Shown here: positions 55,626-62,626 of the stretch, in pieces
Layout of the letters: each line of letters starts with the position of its first letter
Position numbering within the stretch: position 1 is the stretch's first letter
Assembly (NCBI GenBank): GCA_902491935.1
Contig: CABUJN010000003.1
Coordinates: 1,245 to 65,244, forward strand
Direction of reading: 5' to 3'
DNA from: an uncultured Collinsella sp.
GTDB taxonomy: Bacteria > Actinomycetota > Coriobacteriia > Coriobacteriales > Coriobacteriaceae
Length of the DNA stretch: 64,000 nt
The notes under the pieces: generated by a model
Told to the model about the DNA's origin: nothing
Databases searched by the model: none
The model's input: the letters and a program-made list of their open reading frames with translations, nothing else
Translations under genes and position numbers: made by a program

Positions 55626-56963
55626 ATGGACGAGATGTTTGCCATTAAATGTCAAAACTGCGGCGGCCCTATGTACTCGCACCAGGCTAAGCGCAGCTTT
55701 GAGTGCGCCTATTGCGGCACGGTGGTTCCGTGGCAGGCGGACGCCGGAGAGCCCAAGAGCGCTTTGGGTATTCGCCATACGCCGTTGACGGTGGTGGATG
55801 GACTGCTCAAACTCACGCATGTGTCGCAACTCGAGCGCCCGCAGGACCCGGACTGGTATTTCTTCAATGCGCACTGGCGCAATCAGTCGGTCCTGGAACA
55901 TCTGCTGTGGGAGGATCGCGGCACGGCGCAGGAGTTCCAAGAGGCCACGCATGTGAGCATTCCTTGCCCCTTCTGCGGAGCGTCCTTTGAGGGCGAGTCA
56001 ACGCAGCGTGTGTTTGAGTGCCCGTCCTGCGGCAATAAGATCGGCATTGCGGACCTGCTCAAGCCGGGGACGTTTAGCAAGCGCCTGACCATGGGCGTTG
56101 GTGCGGAGTATGTGCCCGAGCAGGGTATTCCCTGCGAAATCTCGCCGCAGCAGGCACGTGCCAACGCGCTGCAGCTGGTGCGCCAGTATCCGGATGCCTT
56201 TGCCGGGCACGACGTGGAAGACGCGATCCAAAACGACATGATGCTCTTCTATTTCCCCATGGCGCTGGCGGACTTGCGCATGATGGCGAGCTTCCCGGGC
56301 AAGGGCCTGAGCAAGGAGGCCTTGGTGTACTACGAGGTGCTCGACTGGGCATACCCCAGGGCAAACTACCTGGACGTTCGCCTCATGGGCATTTTGGAGC
56401 CGTGGGACTTTGCCAAGGTCGGTCCGTTCGATCCCGCCATGCAGGAAGGTGACTTTCGCGTTGTCTCAGTCGATGCGTCTACCAAGGACCAGGTGGTCAT
56501 TGATAAGTTGGCGCTCGACGTTGCGGGCAACGACGCCGAGGCTGTACTGGGGCTCAATAAAAAGAGCATTCGCATGTGGGCGCGCAAGGCCCGCAAACAT
56601 AAGGACGGCCTGGTGATGGTGCCGGTCTACTTTGTCGATCGTCCGGCGACAGACGGCCGCGATGGCGAGCAGGTGCGCATTGCCGTAAACGGCCAGACGG
56701 GCCGCGCGGCCGCGGTGGTGTTTAGCGACAAGCGCGAAACGCATATCGTGGCGCCGCTCAGCCCGAGCCTGCATCTGTCCGGTGAGAGCACCGTGCACGC
56801 CACGCCCGTCGAGGTCAAATACGTTAAATCGCCCTTCCTGTACCAGATCGTGCGCCGTGGAGGCGGCGAGCAACCGCGCCAGGTTGCAGCCGCCGTCGAG
56901 GGTTCCTACCGAGAGGAGAAGCCCAAACGCCGCGGTCTGCTGGGTGCGCTATTTGGGAAGTAG
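55626..56963 (+). CDS. Hypothetical protein with two zinc ribbons and a basic amphipathic C-terminus
   Basis: The zinc ribbons are CQNCGG...CAYCG and CPFCGA...CPSCGN. The ATG at 55626 follows AAGGAGGA. I do not recognise a family. Confidence 0.6.
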   Translation: MDEMFAIKCQNCGGPMYSHQAKRSFECAYCGTVVPWQADAGEPKSALGIRHTPLTVVDGLLKLTHVSQLERPQDPDWYFFNAHWRNQSVLEHLLWEDRGTAQEFQEATHVSIPCPFCGASFEGESTQRVFECPSCGNKIGIADLLKPGTFSKRLTMGVGAEYVPEQGIPCEISPQQARANALQLVRQYPDAFAGHDVEDAIQNDMMLFYFPMALADLRMMASFPGKGLSKEALVYYEVLDWAYPRANYLDVRLMGILEPWDFAKVGPFDPAMQEGDFRVVSVDASTKDQVVIDKLALDVAGNDAEAVLGLNKKSIRMWARKARKHKDGLVMVPVYFVDRPATDGRDGEQVRIAVNGQTGRAAAVVFSDKRETHIVAPLSPSLHLSGESTVHATPVEVKYVKSPFLYQIVRRGGGEQPRQVAAAVEGSYREEKPKRRGLLGALFGK

Positions 56964-57186
56964 GGGAGTAGCACCGGTTGTTGCCGTAAGGTGATGGCCG
57001 GGGGTGCGGGGCAGCTCTCAGGAGTGCGGGCTGCCGTCTGATTGTTTGAGGGTGCCAGATGTAAATAAACAGTGGAGCGGCTGCAAAAGAGCCTCCTCAC
57101 TGGGTAAAATCAGGTTGTGCCGCGGAACCCGCTCCTCAGCTAGTCACACTTCGGAAGCGCGGGCAACGCAGGTATTATCGTCTAAA

Positions 57187-57211
57187 GGGCCGGCTGCAAC
57201 CGGCCCTTTTC
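57187..57211. terminator. Hairpin terminator with no adjacent plus-strand ORF
   Basis: GGGCCGG, a 6-nt loop, CCGGCCC, then TTTTCT. On the minus strand it is followed by TTTAGA. Confidence 0.55.
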
Positions 57212-57388
57212 TGTGGCAGCCAATGGACCCACATCAGACGAAGGCCGCGTCTTTGCCTGTCAGGTCACGCTCGCCAGCCACGGCTAGAATGTCGTTGCCG
57301 GCGTCCATGACCGGTATTGTTTCGTAGCGTGCGTCGCAACCGCGAGTGCGCCTGCGACGGCTGCGGTGGCTTCGGTCGCAACGTGCTG

Positions 57389-58441
57389 CTACCCTTGCGT
57401 TTCGCCATTGGTCGCTTCGTTGATGGCGCGGTACTCGGCGCTTAGTTCGCGCGCCAGCTCTTCCTTGCTTGGAAGATACGGCAGGGATTTGGCGGCAAAC
57501 ACTTGGTCGTTGTCTTCGGGCAGCGTGTACTCGACAATCGAATCGCTTTTGTCCGCGCAGAGCACGATGCCTATGGGCGGATTGTCGCCTTCGTTCATGA
57601 GCTCGCGCGTGTAGTAGTTCACATACATTTGCATCTGGCCCAGGTCCTGATGCGTAAGGTCGTCCGTCTTAAGGTCGATGAGCACGAAGCAACGCATCAG
57701 ATAGTTGTAAAAAACAAGGTCAATATAGAAATGGCGCCCATCAAAGGTGATGCGCTTTTGGCGCGCCTCGAAAGCGAAACCACGGCCAAGCTCCAGCAGG
57801 AACTTCTGAAGATGCGTGATGAGCGCCTGCTCTAGATCGCTCTCGCGAAACGCAGTATCGTCCGAGAAACCTAAAAACTCCAGTACATATGGGTCGCGGA
57901 TGATATCCTCGGGGCGACGAGCCGGGGCGCTCTTTTGGATTTCCTGGGTGACGGCCTCCTTGTCCTTGCTGGCAAGCAGGCGCTCGCGGAACATGGTGTT
58001 GATCTGGCGTTCGAGCTGACGCGTGCTCCAGCGAGAATCGGCGCATTCGTTCATGTACCATGTTCGAGCATCAGGGTCGGTTATACGCGATAACCTGCGG
58101 TAATGTGTCCAATTCAATTCGGAACGCAGCGCGTTCCGAATTGGGAACGCAAGATAAAACTGACGCATGTATCTTAAGCTTCTGGCGTTGAAGCCTCTGC
58201 CAAAATCCTTAGTCAATCTAACGGCAAGTTCGTCGATCAGTGCATCGCCGTACTTGGCGCGCTCCTCTCCGCCCTGCTCATCAACAATGCTCTTGCCGAT
58301 CTCCCAATACGCCTCAACCATCGCAAAGTTAACGGCGGTATAGGCCTTGTCGCGAGCGGCGTTGAGAATCGAGGAAACCTGCTTGTAAAAAACTTCTGGT
58401 ACGATTGCCGATTCTCCACGGTTTACCAGTTCGTCCATCAC
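57389..58441 (-). CDS. DUF1016 / YhcG-family PD-(D/E)XK nuclease-domain protein
   Basis: VNFAMVEAYWEIGKSIV ... FLLELGRGFAFEARQKRITFDGRHFYIDLVFYNYLMRCFVLIDLK is the DUF1016 core, with an E...D...DLK nuclease pattern. Confidence 0.85.
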   Translation of the reverse strand: MMDELVNRGESAIVPEVFYKQVSSILNAARDKAYTAVNFAMVEAYWEIGKSIVDEQGGEERAKYGDALIDELAVRLTKDFGRGFNARSLRYMRQFYLAFPIRNALRSELNWTHYRRLSRITDPDARTWYMNECADSRWSTRQLERQINTMFRERLLASKDKEAVTQEIQKSAPARRPEDIIRDPYVLEFLGFSDDTAFRESDLEQALITHLQKFLLELGRGFAFEARQKRITFDGRHFYIDLVFYNYLMRCFVLIDLKTDDLTHQDLGQMQMYVNYYTRELMNEGDNPPIGIVLCADKSDSIVEYTLPEDNDQVFAAKSLPYLPSKEELARELSAEYRAINEATNGETQG

Positions 58442-58606
58442 TGTCGCCCCACTTTCCTCTTGTGGAATGCATCTTTATCGCATTTAGTTTAAAGCCTCGC
58501 GCGGACACGAATTGCTGTGCTGTCTGGCACCTTCGCATGGGAGCCTTGCGGTGACTAAAATGTGGCCATAGAAGCAGCTTTAGCGAACCCCGCGGGAGTG
58601 ACACGC

Positions 58607-58876
58607 ATGGATAACAACACCTTGCTGTTCCAGGACAAAGGTTCGGGCAGCTTTAAAGACGTCAGGATCTACCCCAACCGTATCGAGGTGCTCAAGAAGG
58701 GCACTTTTGGCGGCAAGCACACCGAGATTGTCTACCTTAAGGACATCACGGGGGTCAACAGGATCAAGGGCCGCAATGTTTTTCTGCGCAACAGGCTGTT
58801 AACTGCCTGTGTCTTTTGCCTGAGCAGCCGCTCCCGGGCTCAGGAATTCGTCAATGTGCTCAATATGGTGATGTGA
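58607..58876 (+). CDS. Small hypothetical protein (possibly bacterial PH-like fold)
   Basis: 89 aa. The ATG follows GGGAG. The only support is the pattern VRIYPNRIEVLKKGTFGGKHTEIVYLKDITGV. Confidence 0.4.
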   Translation: MDNNTLLFQDKGSGSFKDVRIYPNRIEVLKKGTFGGKHTEIVYLKDITGVNRIKGRNVFLRNRLLTACVFCLSSRSRAQEFVNVLNMVM

Positions 58877-58894
58877 CCGGGCGCTTTCGAACAC

Positions 58895-58933
58895 AAAAAA
58901 CCGGGATGCAAGGAGTCGCACCTTGCATTCCGG
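58895..58933 (-). terminator. Rho-independent terminator after lipoprotein gene 1 (usable bidirectionally)
   Basis: On the minus strand: CCGGAATGCAAGG, a 7-nt loop, CCTTGCATCCCGG, then TTTTTTGTGTT. Confidence 0.8.
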
Positions 58934-58970
58934 TTGAGCTAAAACGGCGCTGCTGCATGCCGTTGGAGCT

Positions 58971-59564
58971 TTAGCGCTTGATCTCGATATCGTCGAGCTT
59001 AACATCCATGGCCTCGGTCTTTGCCTCGGCGATGTCGTCGGCAAATTCCAGGGACTTCATCATGGTTTCGACGGCATCCTTGTGCTCCTCGACGTTGTCG
59101 ATGCGCACGTAGACGCTGCCGCCGCCTGCTTCGGTGAAGTACTCAGTCGTCACGCCGCCCGAGTGTGTATAGGAAGCGTTGCGCCAAGTCTTGCCGTTGT
59201 ACTTGACGGGGTCATTCTCGGTCCACTCAAAGCTGGCATTCCACTTTGCCTCGTAGTCGAACAACTCGTCAGCGTTCTTGTCGGGGTCGAAGACGGGGAT
59301 AAAGCGGTCGCTGGCGTGCTCGCTCTCGGTGAACTTAAACTGGGCCCTGTCGGCGGTATCGCCTGCGACGTCGGTGACCTCGACGCCCTCGGGGACCTCG
59401 ACCTTAAACCAAATGAAGTCGGTCCTCATATCCACGGCTGGCTTTTCTGCTCCGCCGCCACCGCCACTGCCGGTGGCGCCGCCGCTTCCGCCACAGCCCA
59501 CCAGGGCAACCGCGGCAAAGAGACTGATGCAGAGGGTGAGAATCGCAAAGGCCTTCTTTTTCAT
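58971..59564 (-). CDS. Lipoprotein of unknown function (paralog 1)
   Basis: The signal peptide has the lipobox AVALVGCGG. A Gly-rich linker follows. Confidence 0.75.
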   Translation of the reverse strand: MKKKAFAILTLCISLFAAVALVGCGGSGGATGSGGGGGAEKPAVDMRTDFIWFKVEVPEGVEVTDVAGDTADRAQFKFTESEHASDRFIPVFDPDKNADELFDYEAKWNASFEWTENDPVKYNGKTWRNASYTHSGGVTTEYFTEAGGGSVYVRIDNVEEHKDAVETMMKSLEFADDIAEAKTEAMDVKLDDIEIKR

Positions 59565-59575
59565 GGTCGTGTCCT

Positions 59576-59626
59576 CCTCGATCTGTAACCGCCCATGGAT
59601 TACCTGCTTTTACTGTACGCGTTGAC
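59576..59626. repeat. Decayed copy of the 57-nt palindromic element
   Basis: CTCGATCTGTAAC is a 13-nt exact match to the array arm. The partner region TACTGTACGCGTTGAC is degenerate. Confidence 0.5.
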
Positions 59627-59636
59627 GGCTCGCTAG

Positions 59637-59655
59637 GGTGGGCCATGTGTCCCAT
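59637..59655. promoter_or_regulatory. Conserved 19-nt motif upstream of lipoprotein gene 1
   Basis: GGTGGGCCATGTGTCCCAT is identical to 60593-60611. It has a TGGG-N8-CCCA imperfect dyad. Confidence 0.45.
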
Positions 59656-59699
59656 TCTGAGGACCGGATTTGCGCCGTTAAGTGGCAATATGTTCGGGC

Positions 59700-59736
59700 G
59701 CAAAAGAGGGGAGGGCCGATGTTGTCGGCCCTCCCC
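59700..59736 (-). terminator. Rho-independent terminator after lipoprotein gene 2
   Basis: The stem is GGGGAGGGCCGA / TCGGCCCTCCCC with a 5-nt loop. On the minus strand it is followed by TCTTTTG. Confidence 0.75.
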
Positions 59737-59795
59737 GGGGTTGGGTGCCCGTTGTTTTAATGGGGCGCGCGTACGTGGGCGTGTGCGGGGTCCCG

Positions 59796-60395
59796 TTACT
59801 TGATCTCGATGCTCGAAATCTCAACTTCGCGTGCCTCGGCAACTGCCTTCGCCATGTCATCGGGGAACTCGATGGAGTTGAGGAGCGTCTCGGCTTCTTT
59901 CGTGTGAAGGTCGACGTTCCTAATCATGATATAGACGCTTCCCGTGTCGACGTCGGTAAAGAGGTAGGTATAAGTGCCGCCGTTGTCCTTGCACGTTCCG
60001 GTGAGCCATGTTCTGCCGTTGTACTCGACGGGGTCGCCATCCTCCCACTGGAACGTTCCGGTGTGCCTTTCGGCCTGCTCTGCAAAGGACTCTTCGGCCG
60101 TCATCTTCTCTTGCCAAACGGGGATGAAACGGTCGACTGTGGTGTTCTCGTTCTCGGGGAAGGTGAGCTGGACCCTGTCGGCATTCTTGCCGGCAGAGTC
60201 GCTTACGCCGACGCCCTCGGGCATCTCGACCTTAAACCAGATGAAGTCGGTCTTCTTGGCGACGGGGGCCTTTTCCTTGCTCTCGCTCTTGGGGGCGCTG
60301 CCTCCGCCCGATGCGCTCTCGCCGCAGCCGACAAGGGCAAACGCGGCAAAGAGGGCGATGCAAAGGGAAAGGATCGATAGGGTCTTTTTCTTCAT
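59796..60395 (-). CDS. Lipoprotein of unknown function (paralog 2)
   Basis: The lipobox is AFALVGCGE. It shares blocks with paralog 1: TDFIWFKVE.PEGV, DRFIPV, YNG.TW and GSVY. The ATG at 60395 follows AAGGAGGA. Confidence 0.75.
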   Translation of the reverse strand: MKKKTLSILSLCIALFAAFALVGCGESASGGGSAPKSESKEKAPVAKKTDFIWFKVEMPEGVGVSDSAGKNADRVQLTFPENENTTVDRFIPVWQEKMTAEESFAEQAERHTGTFQWEDGDPVEYNGRTWLTGTCKDNGGTYTYLFTDVDTGSVYIMIRNVDLHTKEAETLLNSIEFPDDMAKAVAEAREVEISSIEIK

Positions 60396-60592
60396 GGTGG
60401 CGTCCTCCTTGTCTGCCGATGACATCACGGGGCCGCGGGCTGTTGGGGTACTGATTGCGCTGGCGGCGGATGTCTTTGTGTGCTGTGCGGCTTATGCCTC
60501 CGTTCATCGCTTGTGGCCGTTACGCGGCCGTGCCCCAACGGGTTCCTTACTTATAGATATGCCCCAGTTTGTACTGTTCGGGAGTCTCGAAA

Positions 60593-60611
60593 GGTGGGCC
60601 ATGTGTCCCAT
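60593..60611. promoter_or_regulatory. Conserved 19-nt motif upstream of lipoprotein gene 2
   Basis: Identical to 59637-59655. Confidence 0.45.
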
Positions 60612-60772
60612 GTTTGCGGCGCCGACGCCTATCGTTCGTCATAGAAATCCGCGATGGCCAGGTGTGCTGACGCTCATGTGCTTATGGGCTAGACTTAGCA
60701 TCATTACGTGTTTGATGCGGTTGGTCGACGGTTGCCGCCCGACCGATCTATATGACTTGAAGGTGCATACGT

Positions 60773-61405
60773 ATGAGCCAAGAGATGATGGATAAAACCT
60801 GTCGCGGTTTTGCCGAGGCGCTTGCCGCCCGCGAGCCGGTTCCCGGCGGCGGCAGCGCGAGCGCCTTTGTGGGCGCGCTGGGCGCCTCGCTTTGCGGGAT
60901 GGTCGCTCGCTACGGGGCGACCAATCCCGCGCTTGTCGATCGCGCAGACGATTTGACGCGCGCGTTTGCCCAGGCAGACGAGTTGGCGCAGGAGCTAGTG
61001 GGCCTGGTTGCCGAGGACGTTCGTGCGTACGGCCAGGTGTCCGCGTCGTACGGCATTCCGCGCGAGGACCCGGCTCGACCCGCGGCGATTCAGGACGCGT
61101 TGCGCGTGGCGGCCATGCCACCGTATCGGATCATGGACACCTGTGGGCGCGCGCTGGCGCTGCTCGAGGACATGGCAGACAAAGGCTCGCGCCAACTGCT
61201 GTCCGACGTGGCGTGCGGCGCCGTGTTCTGCCGCGCCGCCATGCAGGGTGCGAGCCTGACGCTCTTTGCCAACACCACATCTATGAAAGACCGGGCGCGC
61301 GCCGAGGAACTCGAGGCGGCGTGCGACGAGCTGCTAGATACGTGGCTGCCGCGCGCCGATGCGCTGGCGCGCCGTGCTGCCGACGCCGCAAGGAAGAGGG
61401 GATAG
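60773..61405 (+). CDS. Cyclodeaminase/cyclohydrolase-family protein (FchA/FtcD C-domain-like)
   Basis: FAEALAAREPVPGGGSASAFVGALGASL is typical of the family. The gene lies directly upstream of folD. Confidence 0.8.
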   Translation: MSQEMMDKTCRGFAEALAAREPVPGGGSASAFVGALGASLCGMVARYGATNPALVDRADDLTRAFAQADELAQELVGLVAEDVRAYGQVSASYGIPREDPARPAAIQDALRVAAMPPYRIMDTCGRALALLEDMADKGSRQLLSDVACGAVFCRAAMQGASLTLFANTTSMKDRARAEELEAACDELLDTWLPRADALARRAADAARKRG

Positions 61406-61407
61406 CC

Positions 61408-62262
61408 ATGGCAGAGCTGCTCAAGGGCGCTCCCGTTGCCCGCGCGTTGACCGAGGAACTTGCCGCTCGTTGCGTCGCCCTGTGCGAACAGGGGATCGTG
61501 CCGACGCTGGCCATCGTGCGTGTGGGCGAGCGCGAGGACGATCTATCCTACGAGCGTGGCGCCCTCAAGCGCTGCGAGAAGGTTGGCATTGAGGCTCGCC
61601 GCGTTTTGCTTCCCGCCGATGTTTCACAGGACGAGCTGTTGGCGGCTATTAAGGACATCAATGCCGACCCCGCTGTTCACGGCTGCCTGATGTTTCGTCC
61701 GTTGCCCGCTGGGCTTGACGAGGATGCAGTTGCCGCGGCACTCGAGCCCGCCAAGGATGTTGACTCCATGACGCCGGCCTCGCTGCTTACCACGCTTTCG
61801 GGTCGCGGCGAGGGCTTTGCTCCTTGCACGGCCGAGGCCGTGTTGGCGTTGCTGGACCATTACAGCGTTGAGCTGGATGGGGCCAAGGTCGCGGTTGTTG
61901 GTCGGTCGCTCGTGATTGGCCGTCCCGTTGCCGCCATGCTTACGGCTCGCAATGCCACGGTGACGACGTGCCATACGCATACGCGCGACTTGGCTGCTGA
62001 GTGCCGTGCGGCTGATATCGTGGTTGCGGCCGTTGGACGTGCGCGCACGATTGGCGCGGATGCGGTTCGCGATGGCCAGACGATCATCGATGTGGGCATT
62101 AACTGGGACGAGGCCGCCGGCAAGCTGGTCGGCGATGTCGATTTTGATGCTGCGGAGCCGATTGTTGACGCAATTACTCCCGTGCCGGGTGGCGTGGGCA
62201 CTGTAACGACGGCGATTCTCGCCAAGCACGTGATCGAGGCGGCGGAGCGCGCATCGAAATAG
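61408..62262 (+). CDS. folD: Bifunctional methylenetetrahydrofolate dehydrogenase / methenyl-THF cyclohydrolase
   Basis: LAIVRVGEREDDLSYERG, VVGRSLVIGRPVA and ITPVPGGVGTVTTA are present. The ATG at 61408 lies 2 nt after the upstream stop. Confidence 0.94.
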   Translation: MAELLKGAPVARALTEELAARCVALCEQGIVPTLAIVRVGEREDDLSYERGALKRCEKVGIEARRVLLPADVSQDELLAAIKDINADPAVHGCLMFRPLPAGLDEDAVAAALEPAKDVDSMTPASLLTTLSGRGEGFAPCTAEAVLALLDHYSVELDGAKVAVVGRSLVIGRPVAAMLTARNATVTTCHTHTRDLAAECRAADIVVAAVGRARTIGADAVRDGQTIIDVGINWDEAAGKLVGDVDFDAAEPIVDAITPVPGGVGTVTTAILAKHVIEAAERASK

Positions 62263-62300
62263 GCGTTTTGGGCTGTTTGAGGGTTAGCCAAATACCATGT

Positions 62301-62526
62301 GGTCAAAAAACGCCAAATATGAGTACTGTTGCCAAGATAGTCACATATGTTTTATAGCATTTGAGCTTCCTAATGATATCCATTATCGTTAGGAAGCTCA
62401 TTTTATTGAACCTATGGGGAATAACGTAGTCTTGCTTTTGGACAAATGGGGATTTTTGGCACTCGTTACAAGGAAAATTGCTGCTACTAAATTGGTGACA
62501 GTACTCATATTTGGCATTTTTTGACC
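62301..62526. mobile_element. MITE-like non-coding element: 29-bp terminal inverted repeats around an AT-rich core with an internal terminator-like hairpin
   Basis: The left TIR, GGTCAAAAAACGCCAAATATGAGTACTGT (62301-62329), matches the reverse complement of 62498-62526 at 28 of 29 positions. The internal hairpin GAGCTTCCTAA / TTAGGAAGCTC (62363-62399) is followed by ATTTTATT. The core is far more AT-rich than its flanks. Confidence 0.7.
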
Positions 62527-62626
62527 CCAGGGGTTCCGAGGGGCCCCGAGGTGCCGCGATTTCGCCCTTTTTGCGCCGAAGCGATACACTGTTGCCGTTT
62601 GATTTCTTCGCTCAAGGAGGATGCGC

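Noticed and set aside
57238-57388. Possible remnant of a HAD-type hydrolase gene downstream of the DUF1016 gene (minus strand; ...YETIPVMDAGNDILAVAGERDLTGKDAAFV-stop)
   Set aside because: The only support is a vague resemblance of DAGNDI..AG to the HAD motif GDxxNDxxM..AG over about 15 residues. The rest of the frame is Arg-rich nonsense. This is too weak to annotate as a pseudogene. The adjacent hairpin at 57187-57211 could be its old terminator, but that is speculation.
59404-59703. 99-aa and 91-aa minus-strand ORFs (59404-59703 and 60232-60507) and short MGHMAH-initiated peptides starting in the conserved 19-nt motif
   Set aside because: The two peptides share only the 6-7 residues encoded by the conserved DNA motif and then diverge completely. 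They overlap the lipoprotein genes out of frame and have no ribosome-binding site.
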